In this document: piece after piece, positions 36,314 through 45,908 of the stretch
Position numbering within the stretch: the stretch's first letter is position 1
Layout of the letters: every line of letters starts with the position of its first letter
Source of the DNA: Dehalococcoidia bacterium
GTDB taxonomy: Bacteria; Chloroflexota; Dehalococcoidia; Lucifugimonadales; UBA3495
Reading direction: 5' to 3'
Length of the DNA stretch: 64,000 bases
Assembly: GCA_965215425.1 (NCBI GenBank)
Contig: OZ244064.1
Span: 2,362,319-2,426,318, forward strand
Program-made: the position numbers and the translations under genes
The notes under the pieces: model-generated
The model's database searches: none
The model's input: the letters and a program-made list of their open reading frames with translations, nothing else
Told to the model about the DNA's origin: nothing

Positions 36314-36907
36314 ATGGAACCCTTTGTGAAATTGACCGGGGTAGCTGCCCCGATTGACCGAGTGAACATCGACACCGACGCTATTATCCCGGCGGTGCAC
36401 CTGAAGCGTATCGAGCGCACCGGCTACGGCGAGTTTCTCTTTTCCAGTTGGCGTTTTAATGAGGACGGCAGTCCCAAGGCCGACTTTGTGCTGAACCGGC
36501 CCAGCTATGCCAACGCCAATATCCTGGTAGCCGGGCGTAACTTCGGCTGCGGTTCCTCCCGGGAACATGCTCCCTGGGCCTTGAACGACTATGGTATCCG
36601 GTGTGTCATCGCCCCCAGCTTTGCCGACATCTTCTTCAACAACTGCTTCCAGAATGGCCTGCTGCCCATCGTCCTGTCCGAGGAGCAGGTGCGGCGGATA
36701 ATGGACCGGATTACGGAGAACCCGGGTATGCAGTTAAACGTTGATCTGGAGGCCCGGCGCATTTGGGACGAGGGCGAGGAAATCGTCGTGGAGTTCGACG
36801 TTGATCCCTTCCGTCGCTACTGCCTGCTCAATGGCCTGGACGACATCGGCCTGACCCTACAGCAGGAGGATAAAATCGCCGCCTACGAGGCCGTAAGGGG
36901 TAGGTAA
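36314..36907 (+). CDS. leuD: 3-isopropylmalate dehydratase small subunit
   Basis: [26 protein letters not shown]...[20 protein letters not shown] 36314 follows GAGAGGAG. Confidence 0.9.
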   Translation: MEPFVKLTGVAAPIDRVNIDTDAIIPAVHLKRIERTGYGEFLFSSWRFNEDGSPKADFVLNRPSYANANILVAGRNFGCGSSREHAPWALNDYGIRCVIAPSFADIFFNNCFQNGLLPIVLSEEQVRRIMDRITENPGMQLNVDLEARRIWDEGEEIVVEFDVDPFRRYCLLNGLDDIGLTLQQEDKIAAYEAVRGR

Positions 36908-37010
36908 AGCCCGTTACTCTCGGCGTCTCCGGGTCGGGAAGTTCTTTTCACCGAGAGCTGACGGGGAATACCGGGGGCTGTCGGTCATTTATAATTCAGG
37001 GGGTATGTAA

Positions 37011-38657
37011 TTGAATACGATTGAGGCAATATCCGAAATCTTGAAACGGGAAGGGGTGGAGTATCTCAGTTGTTTTCCCACCACCCCGGTAATTGAAGCG
37101 GCGGCCGCCGCCGGGATTCGCCCTATTGTTTGTCGTCAGGAGCGGGTGGGCGTAGGCATCGCCGACGGCTATAGCCGGGTTACCGACGGGGAGCGGCCCG
37201 GCGTGTTCGCCATGCAGTACGGTCCCGGCGCGGAGAACGCCTACCCCGGCGTCGCCACCGCCTACTCCGATTCTACTCCCATTCTGCTCTTGCCCCTGGG
37301 CGAGCCGCGGGAACGCCAGGGGATAATCCCTCACTTCAATTCGGTGGCTAATTATGGCGGCGTTACCAAGTATATTGAGCAGATTAACACCCCTTCCCGC
37401 ACCGCCCAGGTGCTGCGCCGGGCCTTTGCCGGGCTGCGCCAGGGGCGAGTCGGCCCGGTGATGGTGGAGATTCCTTCCGACGTGGCGCTGGAAGAAGTGG
37501 ATGAATCGGCCTTTTACTGGAGCCAAAGAGTTCGCCGGCTGGCCTCCCAGGGAAATCCTTCCGACGTTGCGGCGGCGGCCCGCGTCCTGTGCGACGCCCG
37601 CTACCCGGTGATTCACGCCGGGCAGGGCGTCCTGTACGCCCAGGCGTACGACGAACTGGTTGAACTGGCGGAACTGCTCCAGGCGCCGGTAATGAGCACC
37701 CTGCTGGGCAAGAGCGCCTTCCCCGAAACGCATCCTCTGGCTTTGGGCAGCGGCTCCGGCGTAATGTCCGGCCCGGTTTATCACTTTGTCCGCCGTTCGG
37801 ACGTGATATTTGGTATCGGGTGCAGCTTCACCAGGCACGGTATGTCCATGAATATCCCGCCCGGCAAGACCCTTATCCATGCCACCAACGACCCGCGGGA
37901 CGTGAACAAGGACTACGACGTGGATTATCCCATCGTCGGGGATGCCAAGCTGGTGCTTCGCCAGATGATTGAAGCCTGCCGGGAAATAGTCGGCGACCAT
38001 CGGCCGGCTGATGGAGCTACCGCCCATGAAATCCAGTCGGAACGGGATACCTGGTTGAATCAGTGGGCCCACAAGCTCAATGACCAGAGCGCCCCGATAA
38101 ATCCCTACCGGGTAATTTGGGATTTTATGCAAACCGTGCCGCCCAGCGAAGCCATCGTAACCCACGACTCGGGCAGTCCCCGGGATCAGTTGATGCCCTT
38201 CTACCGCACCGAAGGCCCGCGCAGCTACCTGGGCTGGGGAAAGTCCCATGGGCTGGGCACCGGTCTGGGATTGGTAATGGGCGCCAAGCTGGCCAAACCG
38301 GAGAAGGTTTGCGTTAACTTTATGGGCGACGCCGCCTTTGGCATGACCGGCCTGGACTTTGAGACGGCGGCCCGCTGCGGCATACCCATCATCACCGTGG
38401 TGCTGAACAACTCCACCATGGCGGTGGAAACCGGCGCCATGGCTACTTCCCACGCCCTCTATGGCACCCGGGACCTGGGCGGCAACTATGCCGATATGGG
38501 CCGGGCGATGGGCGGCTATGCGGAACGTATCGAGACGCCATCGGAAATCGCTCCGGCCTTCCGACGGGCGCGGCAGCAAACCGAGGAGGGCCGGGCGGTA
38601 TTGCTGGAGTTCATCACCAGCGCCGAGATTGAAACCTCCCACAAGCGGGCCTTTTAG
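37011..38657 (+). CDS. thiamine-diphosphate-dependent enzyme (acetolactate synthase/benzoylformate decarboxylase-like paralog)
   Basis: EGVEYLSCFPTTPVIEAA...GPGAENAYPGVATAYSDSTPILLL...FMGDAAFGMTGLDFETA...NNSTM. TTG start. Confidence 0.75.
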   Translation: MNTIEAISEILKREGVEYLSCFPTTPVIEAAAAAGIRPIVCRQERVGVGIADGYSRVTDGERPGVFAMQYGPGAENAYPGVATAYSDSTPILLLPLGEPRERQGIIPHFNSVANYGGVTKYIEQINTPSRTAQVLRRAFAGLRQGRVGPVMVEIPSDVALEEVDESAFYWSQRVRRLASQGNPSDVAAAARVLCDARYPVIHAGQGVLYAQAYDELVELAELLQAPVMSTLLGKSAFPETHPLALGSGSGVMSGPVYHFVRRSDVIFGIGCSFTRHGMSMNIPPGKTLIHATNDPRDVNKDYDVDYPIVGDAKLVLRQMIEACREIVGDHRPADGATAHEIQSERDTWLNQWAHKLNDQSAPINPYRVIWDFMQTVPPSEAIVTHDSGSPRDQLMPFYRTEGPRSYLGWGKSHGLGTGLGLVMGAKLAKPEKVCVNFMGDAAFGMTGLDFETAARCGIPIITVVLNNSTMAVETGAMATSHALYGTRDLGGNYADMGRAMGGYAERIETPSEIAPAFRRARQQTEEGRAVLLEFITSAEIETSHKRAF

Positions 38658-38670
38658 AAGATCGGCCGGT

Positions 38671-38707
38671 CCCTTGCCGACAGATTACTGCCGGCAAGGG
38701 GTTTTTC
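38671..38707 (+). terminator. intrinsic terminator
   Basis: CCCTTGCCG, 12-nt loop, CGGCAAGGG, g, then TTTTT. Confidence 0.7.
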
Positions 38708-38816
38708 CCCTCGGAGCACACCGAGCCTCACGGCGGGAATCTACCCGCTGCGAAGCTCCTCCTTCGCTGTCTCTCCGAGTGAAGCCTAATCTCACCGCAG
38801 TCAGGAGGAAGAGAAA

Positions 38817-39179
38817 ATGCCGCTACAGTCCCGATACCTGTTTATTGCCAGCATGGACGTGGCGCCGGAACGGGAGGCCCGGTTCAACGAGGTTTACAAT
38901 ACGGAACACTGTCCGCTGCTGTCTCAGGTTCCCGGCGTGATTTCCGTGGCCCGCTTTGAGACCCAGGAATTGGTGGTGGCCATGGGTGGCGAGACCCGCC
39001 GGATTGTGATAGAGAACGAGCCCCGGCACCATGCCTTTTACGAATTGGAATCCCCGGAGGTATTGACCGGCCCGGGCTGGAGCGAGGCGGTGGACGCCGG
39101 GAGTTGGCCGGAGCAGGTGCGCCCCTATACCCGCAACCGGCGACACACCCTGCTCAAGCTGACTTACCCGGAACCGTAA
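38817..39179 (+). CDS. hypothetical protein, possibly EthD/DUF4286-like dimeric alpha/beta-barrel
   Basis: 120-aa ORF (YLFIASMDVAPEREARFNEVYNTEHCPLLSQVPGVISVARFE). Confidence 0.5.
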   Translation: MPLQSRYLFIASMDVAPEREARFNEVYNTEHCPLLSQVPGVISVARFETQELVVAMGGETRRIVIENEPRHHAFYELESPEVLTGPGWSEAVDAGSWPEQVRPYTRNRRHTLLKLTYPEP

Positions 39180-39263
39180 GGGCGGGGCGCCGAGACCAGT
39201 GGCCCTGGCGGCGACCGTCTTCAGGACTTACCCGGAACCGTAAGGGCAGGGTTCACGAAGCAT

Positions 39264-39316
39264 CCCCGGAGCTTCACCGAGCGGGGCTTCCCTCGGTGAA
39301 GCTCCGGGGTTTTATT
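39264..39316. terminator. strong bidirectional intrinsic terminator
   Basis: 18-bp stem CCCCGGAGCTTCACCGAG / CTCGGTGAAGCTCCGGGG followed by TTTTATT, between convergent genes. Confidence 0.8.
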
Positions 39317-39348
39317 GCGTTCCCGGGGTCTCCCGCCGGCCAGCAGCC

Positions 39349-39687
39349 TTAACCCGCCAACGGCACGGTGGCCGTAACACAAGGCACGTCGCCGTAGGTC
39401 GCCGTAGTGTGGCCCTGGCCGGTGGTGTCGGCTACCAGGCGAGCGTCGCCGGGGCCGAAAACGTGCTTGGAGCCGTCGCCCAGTCCAATTTCCAACTGGC
39501 CGGACAGGATGATGACGTACTGGGCGCGGGGCGCCGGATGCCAGTCCTGGAACCGGCCCACCGGAGCCTCCCGGAAGGTGATGGCGCTGGCCGCCTGCCC
39601 CTCGGTCCATTCCGGGGTCTGGGCCAGGTCAATAGTTTCTATGTGGGTCTGTCCGTCGTCGCCGGTGTACATTCGGTAAGTTCCCAT
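39349..39687 (-). CDS. cupin-domain protein
   Basis: 112 aa; the DWHPAPRAQYVIILSGQLEIGLGDG...GPGD pattern is cupin-like. Confidence 0.6.
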   Translation of the reverse strand: MGTYRMYTGDDGQTHIETIDLAQTPEWTEGQAASAITFREAPVGRFQDWHPAPRAQYVIILSGQLEIGLGDGSKHVFGPGDARLVADTTGQGHTTATYGDVPCVTATVPLAG

Positions 39688-39718
39688 GTCGCGCCTCCTT
39701 CAGCTTTAGCGTTCAGCG

Positions 39719-40690
39719 TTAAATACTCATTACCACCTTGATTATGCCATCTTGCCGGCCTTCGTACAGCTCGAAAGCCCGCTGCACCTCGGCAAAGGGC
39801 AGGCGATGGGTTACCATCTGGCCGGGATCGCACCAGCCCCTTTGCTTCAGATCCACCATTGTCCGGATGGGCGCCATCGGGTCGATAAGCCGGCCGCCAG
39901 TGGTGGGGATCAGGGTGGGCTGTCGTTCCATCAATAGCTCATGCTCCACCGGAATAAACTCGTCGCCCTGGATGCCGAAAACCATCACCTTGCCAAACCG
40001 GCACACCAGCCGGAGGGCGGTATTGAAGCTGTCCGGGTAGCCGGCCGCCTCTACTACCACGTCGGCGCCCCGTCCCCCGGTCAACTCCTCCACTGCCTCA
40101 ACCACATTGTCCCGGTCCGGGTTGATGGCGTGGGTGGCGCCCATTCGCTTGGACCAGTCCAGCCGGTAATCTACCGGGTCGATCCCGATGACCCGCTGCG
40201 CTCCCAGCTTGGCCGTAAGCATTGTAAAGGATAGGCCGATAACTCCCTGCCCTACGATTACCACGTCCTTGCCCAGCAGGCTGCCCATCTGCTGCACCGA
40301 GTAAAGGACGGTGCCGGAGGGTTGGCACAGCACCCACTCGGAAAGGTCGCCCGCATCGGGCAAGGCGCACATCAGTTCGGGGCCGGAGGTGATGTACTCC
40401 ACCAGTCCGCCCGAGTCGCTACCCCGGCCCGGGTAGATGATGACCCGCTGGCCCTCCCGGAACTCCTGGCAACGGCTTTCCACCACCACGCCGGCGCATT
40501 CGTGGCAGGGGGCGCCCAGCCGGCCGGGATAGTGTTCCTCCGGGAAAAGTTGGCTATATTCGTGCCGAATGTCGCTGCCGCAGACCGAGAGTTTCTCCAG
40601 TCGAATCAGGCACTGCCCATCCGCTGGTGTTGGAACCTCTGCATCCACGATTTCAAACTGTCTGGGGCCGACGAGTCTGGCGGCTTTCAT
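39719..40690 (-). CDS. zinc-dependent alcohol dehydrogenase (MDR family, threonine/sorbitol dehydrogenase-like)
   Basis: LSVCGSDIRHEY...PCHECAGVV...VIVGQGVIGL. Confidence 0.8.
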   Translation of the reverse strand: MKAARLVGPRQFEIVDAEVPTPADGQCLIRLEKLSVCGSDIRHEYSQLFPEEHYPGRLGAPCHECAGVVVESRCQEFREGQRVIIYPGRGSDSGGLVEYITSGPELMCALPDAGDLSEWVLCQPSGTVLYSVQQMGSLLGKDVVIVGQGVIGLSFTMLTAKLGAQRVIGIDPVDYRLDWSKRMGATHAINPDRDNVVEAVEELTGGRGADVVVEAAGYPDSFNTALRLVCRFGKVMVFGIQGDEFIPVEHELLMERQPTLIPTTGGRLIDPMAPIRTMVDLKQRGWCDPGQMVTHRLPFAEVQRAFELYEGRQDGIIKVVMSI

Positions 40691-40796
40691 TTATCAATAT
40701 CCTCCGGTGTGTATCCTGGCGGGTGTATCCATGGACGCCCGGGTAGCTACGCTTGGCTCGGGCAGAGACCCGGCAGAGACGCATAGGCAGCGGAAA

Positions 40797-41762
40797 CTAG
40801 CCCTGAGTCTGCTCAATCCGCAACGCCCAGGGCTTGAGGATAGCGTACAGGGTGTCGTTTATGGGCGTGGGGACTCCCGCTTGCCGCGCCATTCGGATAG
40901 CCGTGCCGGTCAGTCCCTCCAACTCCACCGGGCGGCCTTCCAGGAAGTCCTTGCCCAGGGAGGACATTCCCGTGGCCGGGAAATTGTCCAGGGAGGTCAT
41001 GGCCCAATCCAGGGAATCTTCCATGATGGGCGCGCCCCAGGCCCGGCCCACGGCCAGTATCTCCTCGATGGCGCCCTGGATGATTGCCCGGGTTTCCGGG
41101 ATGGCGCGCATTTCTCCGAAAACCGAGTTGCTGGCCGCCCCTACCGCCGCCGACCCGGCCAGGTAGGAGAACTTCTTCCACAACATTCCGGGCATATTTT
41201 CCTCCAACTCCACCCGCCAGCCGGCTTCCTGAAAGACCGTCAACAGCCGTTGGCATCTTTGGGTGGTACCGGGGATGGTACCGGGGGTAGTACCGGAGGC
41301 GCTACCGGGTTCCAGTTCGCCAAAGGATGCCCGGCCGGGGCCGCCTTGGGTGATTACCCCCGGCTCCTTGACCCGGCCTTCCAGGTAGCAGGAGCCAATC
41401 AGCACCCGTTCTTTGCCAAAGGCGTTCGCCAACTGCTGCCCGTTGTCGATGCCGTTTTGCAGGGTCAGCACCAGGGAGTCCGGCCCCAGCATTGGCCGGG
41501 TGGCTTCGATCGCCGCCGGGTTGTGGTACATCTTGACGGTGAACAGCACCAGTTCTTGCTCCCCGGCCTCGGTGGTGTCGGCCACGGCGTTGCCGGACAC
41601 GGTAAAGGCGCCGTCATTGCTGCTCTCCACCCGCAGCCCCCGCTCCCGGATCGCCTCCAAATGGGCGCCGCGGGCCACGAAGGTAACATTATGCCCGGCC
41701 CGGGCCAGCAAGCCGCCAAAGTAGCCGCCGACGCCCCCGGTTCCCATTACCGCAATTTTCAT
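40797..41762 (-). CDS. panE: 2-dehydropantoate 2-reductase (ketopantoate reductase, ApbA/PanE family)
   Basis: MKIAVMGTGGVGGYFGGLLARAGHNVTFVARG...LFTVKMY...LQNG. Contains a GTTPGTIPGTT insertion. Confidence 0.7.
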   Translation of the reverse strand: MKIAVMGTGGVGGYFGGLLARAGHNVTFVARGAHLEAIRERGLRVESSNDGAFTVSGNAVADTTEAGEQELVLFTVKMYHNPAAIEATRPMLGPDSLVLTLQNGIDNGQQLANAFGKERVLIGSCYLEGRVKEPGVITQGGPGRASFGELEPGSASGTTPGTIPGTTQRCQRLLTVFQEAGWRVELEENMPGMLWKKFSYLAGSAAVGAASNSVFGEMRAIPETRAIIQGAIEEILAVGRAWGAPIMEDSLDWAMTSLDNFPATGMSSLGKDFLEGRPVELEGLTGTAIRMARQAGVPTPINDTLYAILKPWALRIEQTQG

Positions 41763-41813
41763 CGCCTCACCCTCGGCCGAACCCCGGTTAATTCCGCGAG
41801 TTCATTCCTCAAC

Positions 41814-43406
41814 TCATTTCTCAATAGGATAACCATACTCCTCCCGCAAGTCCCGCTTCATTACCTTGCCCATAACGTTGCGGGGCAGCTGGTCGATGAA
41901 GACCACCGAGCGGGGACGCTTGAAACCGGCCAGGCGCTGGGAGCAGTGTTCAATCAGGTCTGCGGCCAAGTCGGCGGCGCAGACCTGTGCTGTGCCGGGT
42001 TCCTGGCCGGGTTCCTGGCGCAGTACCACCAGGGCGCGCACCTCCTCGCCCCATTCCAGGTCCGGCACGCCGATAATGGCGGCGTCCGCCACTTGGGAAT
42101 GAGCCAGCAGCGCCTGTTCCACTTCCTCCGGGGAAATCATTTCCCCGCCGCGCTTGATGAAGTCCCGGGCCCGTCCGGCCAGGTAAATGTAGCCGTCTTC
42201 GTCCTGGTAGGCCAGGTCGCCGGTGTAAACCCAGCCGGCGCGGATGGTATCGCCGGTGGCCTCCTGTTGCTGCCAGTAGCCCTTCATCATCCGGGAACCC
42301 CGGGCCACGATTTCGCCCACCGCTCCCGTAACCACCGGGTTGCCCGCCTCGTCCACGATCATCACTTCCACATCCGCCAGGGGTTTGCCGATGGAAGAGA
42401 GGCGGCGCAGCTTGGTTTCCACCACTTCCGGAGGGCCGTCCAGCACGTGGTCTTCCGGGGGCAGCATAGTGATGGTGGAAGCGGTTTCCGTCTGGCCGAA
42501 GGCATTGATGAACCGGACGCCGGGAAACTCGGCAATGGCCTGGCGGATTACCGGCAAGGGCATTGGGGCGGCCCCGTAGGTGATGACTTTCAGGGAGGAA
42601 AGGTCGAATCGGCGAAAGTCGGGGTGGTCCAGCAGCCGTTTTAACATAGTCGGCACCAGCATGGCCCGGTTGGCCCGGCAGTCTTGGGCCAGGGTAAGCC
42701 ACTCCAGCGGGTCGAACTGGCGCATTATCGCCAGCGTGCGCCCCCCGTAGATCGCCGCCAGCGCCGCCTGCAAACCGGCGATGTGGTAGAGCGGCACGGT
42801 CAGCAGGTTAGTTTCCGCCACCTCCGGGTCCGCCGGCGCAACGGTGGACAGCAGGTAAGAGGCAAAGCTGTCGTGGGTTAACTGCACGCCTTTAGGCGCG
42901 CTGGTGGTGCCGGAGGTGAACATAATCACGGTGGTATCGTTATCCTCTCCTTCGGGGAAGTGCCGTTCATCCGGCGGCGCCTGTAGCAAGGCGTCGTAGG
43001 TGTGTTGTCCCGCCAGGGCGGGACCGTCCAGGGTAACTACTTGTCCCGGCGAAAGCCATTCCACTCCCCGGATCAGGGGCAGATAGCGTTCCCCGATGAA
43101 CAACAGTCCGGGTTGGGCGATTTCCAGCATCTGCGCCAGTTCGCCGGCCCTGGCGCGGAAGTTTAGCGGAACATAAATGGCGTCCAACAGCGCGGCGGCG
43201 AAATAAATCTCGATACCCTGGTGGCAGTTGACCTGCATCGTGGCTACCCGGTCGCCAGGACTTACTCCCAGGTCGGCCAGGGCATTGGCCAGCCGGTTTA
43301 CCCGCTCCTGCAACTGGGCAAAGGTAAACTGCTGGCCCTCAAACAGCACCGCCGGGCGGTCGGGAACAAGGGCCCCGGCGATGACCAGAAACTCGGTAGT
43401 GTTCAT
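41814..43406 (-). CDS. AMP-dependent acyl-CoA synthetase/ligase
   Basis: IMFTSGTTSAPKGV (AMP-binding motif), YGQTE-like FGQTET, GWVYTGDLAY, GKVMKRDLR. I chose ATG 43406 (MNTTEF) after GGAGA. Confidence 0.85.
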   Translation of the reverse strand: MNTTEFLVIAGALVPDRPAVLFEGQQFTFAQLQERVNRLANALADLGVSPGDRVATMQVNCHQGIEIYFAAALLDAIYVPLNFRARAGELAQMLEIAQPGLLFIGERYLPLIRGVEWLSPGQVVTLDGPALAGQHTYDALLQAPPDERHFPEGEDNDTTVIMFTSGTTSAPKGVQLTHDSFASYLLSTVAPADPEVAETNLLTVPLYHIAGLQAALAAIYGGRTLAIMRQFDPLEWLTLAQDCRANRAMLVPTMLKRLLDHPDFRRFDLSSLKVITYGAAPMPLPVIRQAIAEFPGVRFINAFGQTETASTITMLPPEDHVLDGPPEVVETKLRRLSSIGKPLADVEVMIVDEAGNPVVTGAVGEIVARGSRMMKGYWQQQEATGDTIRAGWVYTGDLAYQDEDGYIYLAGRARDFIKRGGEMISPEEVEQALLAHSQVADAAIIGVPDLEWGEEVRALVVLRQEPGQEPGTAQVCAADLAADLIEHCSQRLAGFKRPRSVVFIDQLPRNVMGKVMKRDLREEYGYPIEK

Positions 43407-43627
43407 CAGGTCTCCATTTTTCCTCACCCCAGCCCCGCTCCCCGGCAGAGCGGCCGGGATGAGAGTCCGATGCGAGAGCGAGGCACGGTGGAAGATTCCC
43501 GCTCGATATTAGCCGCAGTTCCGTAACGGCTGCAACGGCTGCTTCAATTTGCCGCCGGCGCGAGGGTCAGCCGGGACGGAATTGACAGTGATAGCGGAGC
43601 CGATGCAATTTGCCGCCGGCGCGCAGA

Positions 43628-44350
43628 TCAGCCGCGGCCCAGGGCAACCCGGGCCAGCCGCTGCTCCAGCTCCAGCCCCTGTCGCAGGTTCAAATCCAAC
43701 CCGCCGCGCAAGGCTGACTTGACGGCGGGAATTACCGGGCCGGATTGGTTGACTAGGTTACAGGCCAGTCTCCAGGCCGCACCCAAAAGCTCGGCCCGGG
43801 GCGTTATCCGGGTGATCAGCCCCAACTCCAATGCTTCCGCCGCTCCGATGCGGCGGCCGGTCAGCAGCAAGTCCAAGGCGACGGAGGCATTGCGGTTTCG
43901 GGGCAGGGTCTGGCTGCCGCCGGCGGCTGGTATCATTCCCAAATGCACCTCAGGCATAGCGAAAATCGCATCATTGGCGGCGATGCGCAAGTCGCTGAGC
44001 AGGGCAATTTCCAGCCCGGAACCGATACAATAACCCTGTATCGCCGTAACTACGGGCTGGGTCAGGTTGTTCAATTGGCCCCACACGTCCCGCTGCCACC
44101 GGACCCGGCGGGCAATGATCTGGGACGGGGCTGTGCCAAACTCGCTCAAGTCCGCCCCGGCGCAGAAAGCCCGGCCCTCACCGGTGATGAGCAGCGCGCC
44201 TGCTTCGGCGTCGGCCTGCACTGCCGCCAGCGCCTCGGCAAAATCGTCGCGCATCTGCACATTATAAGCGTTCAAGGCGTGGGGCCGGTTCAGCGCAACA
44301 TGGGCCACCCCGCATCGCTTCTCGAAAAGCAGGGTTGCGTAAGCAGGCAT
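43628..44350 (-). CDS. enoyl-CoA hydratase/isomerase family protein
   Basis: VAHVALNRPHALNAY...ITGEGRAFCAGADL. Confidence 0.8.
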   Translation of the reverse strand: MPAYATLLFEKRCGVAHVALNRPHALNAYNVQMRDDFAEALAAVQADAEAGALLITGEGRAFCAGADLSEFGTAPSQIIARRVRWQRDVWGQLNNLTQPVVTAIQGYCIGSGLEIALLSDLRIAANDAIFAMPEVHLGMIPAAGGSQTLPRNRNASVALDLLLTGRRIGAAEALELGLITRITPRAELLGAAWRLACNLVNQSGPVIPAVKSALRGGLDLNLRQGLELEQRLARVALGRG

Positions 44351-44373
44351 CAGTCCCTCATCCGTTCCAGCCC

Positions 44374-44928
44374 TCAGTCCTTCCAGTCGGCTAGGGGCAT
44401 CGCCCGCCGGTATAGCTCTTCCAGGTCCACCTCGCTGTAGCGGATCCCCACGTTTTCCAGAACGTGGGCGTCGCTGACCTCTACCGTCATCAGGGAATTG
44501 GCCTCCGCCACCTCCCGCACCTGGGCCTTGCGGATATGCCAGTTGTGAAGGTGGTTATCAATCTCAATGGCGTGGATGTTATCTTCAATGACGATGTTGG
44601 GAGAATAATAGCCGGGGTGGCAATAGATGCGGAATACTCCGCCGCCAGGCAGGAACAACTCGCTCACCTGGTATTCGTCAAAGGGACTATGCGGCGGGCG
44701 AATTTCAATCTCCCAACCGGGAATGATAATGACTTCGCCGGGGAAATGCTGCTCTACCAGGTCCCGAAGCTCGGCGCCCCATTCCCGGTTGTGGTGGTCG
44801 GTTATGGCGATGCCGTCAATACCCCGGGCCCTGATCTGTCCAATAACCTGCTCGGCAATGGAGAGCGATGGGGGTTGGAAGTTAAAGGCTTCCCAGACGT
44901 GTGTATGTAGATCTAGCTTGACTTTCAA
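44374..44928 (-). CDS. PHP-domain metal-dependent phosphoesterase
   Basis: MKVKLDLHTHVWEAF...GIAITDHHN... matches the His-rich PHP motifs. Confidence 0.6.
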   Translation of the reverse strand: MKVKLDLHTHVWEAFNFQPPSLSIAEQVIGQIRARGIDGIAITDHHNREWGAELRDLVEQHFPGEVIIIPGWEIEIRPPHSPFDEYQVSELFLPGGGVFRIYCHPGYYSPNIVIEDNIHAIEIDNHLHNWHIRKAQVREVAEANSLMTVEVSDAHVLENVGIRYSEVDLEELYRRAMPLADWKD

Positions 44929-45025
44929 CGGTACGTTTCCTTTGACCGCCGCGCCCCGGCTCCTTTCCCGGAGCGAGGGGTGAAGGGGCGGTCTCTCTTA
45001 AGTGTAGAGGGTTGGGCGGGAGGCG

Positions 45026-45817
45026 CTAACTCCCGCTAAACCGGGGAGGGCGGCGCTCCTGGAAAGAGGCGATGCCCTCGGCCCGGTCTGCGGTGCTTTG
45101 CAGTATAACGCTCAGGTCAGCCTCCAGCCGCAGTCCCTGGGTTAGCGACAGTTCCATTCCCTGGCTGACGGCCTCTTTGGCATACCGCGCGGCGACCGGC
45201 CCGCCGGCCAGGATAACCGCGGCCAGTTGCGCAGTTTCTTCCGCCAGTCGCTCCGCCGCCACTACCCGGTTTACCAGGCCAAGACGCAGCGCGGTGGCAG
45301 CGTCCACCTGCCGGCCGGTCAGCGCCAGGTCCAGGGCCCAGGCCGGGCCGATAAGACGGGGCAGGCGTTGGGTGCCGCCGTCCCAGGGGAAGGAAGGCCG
45401 GTCCGGTTCCGCCAGCCCGAAACGGGCTTGGGCCGCCGCGAGGCGCAGGTCTCCGGCCAGGGCCAGTTCCAACCCGTGGCCGATGGCGTCGCCGTTCAGC
45501 GCTACCAGCGCCGGTATGGTCAGGTCGGCCAGGGCGTCGGCTACCCGGAGGTTGGCGAGGCCGGCGCGCCAGCGCTCCGCCGGCGACTCATTCCCGCCTT
45601 CGCCCGGGCTTTTTTCTAACGACTGGCGGCCTACGGAAAAGCAGTCTCCAGAACCGGTAACCACCACCAGGCGGGCGTCCTCGTCTTCGCCGATCCGCCG
45701 GCAAGCATCGCGGAACTCCTCGGCCAACCCCGCGTCAATCCGGTTGTTGACCTCCGGTCGGGCCAGAGTAATAGTGGCCGTCTGAGAAGTTGCGGCCGCC
45801 GCCGGTAGGTATGTGAT
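45026..45817 (-). CDS. enoyl-CoA hydratase/isomerase family protein (start unresolved)
   Basis: TATITLARPEVNNRIDAGL...VVTGSGDCFSVG...ADRAEGIASFQERRPPRF. There is no in-frame ATG, GTG or TTG between the crotonase core and the groES promoter; the upper boundary is a guess. Confidence 0.6.
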   Translation of the reverse strand: MTYLPAAAATSQTATITLARPEVNNRIDAGLAEEFRDACRRIGEDEDARLVVVTGSGDCFSVGRQSLEKSPGEGGNESPAERWRAGLANLRVADALADLTIPALVALNGDAIGHGLELALAGDLRLAAAQARFGLAEPDRPSFPWDGGTQRLPRLIGPAWALDLALTGRQVDAATALRLGLVNRVVAAERLAEETAQLAAVILAGGPVAARYAKEAVSQGMELSLTQGLRLEADLSVILQSTADRAEGIASFQERRPPRFSGS

Positions 45818-45908
45818 GTACCGGTAAAGAATGGCGATTATCCTGTACGGAAAATGAACTACGGAAAATGGACGCCGGCTGGCTAAATAGTAAGTGGCGG
45901 GCAGTCTC

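Noticed and set aside
36996-38642. 548-aa minus-strand ORF mirroring the ThDP enzyme ORF
   Set aside because: The plus-strand product has ThDP-enzyme motifs (GDAAFGM...NN) and a terminator; the minus-strand product has none.
40569-42644. 691-aa plus-strand ORF
   Set aside because: It is antisense to the panE-like and acyl-CoA synthetase genes and has no motifs.
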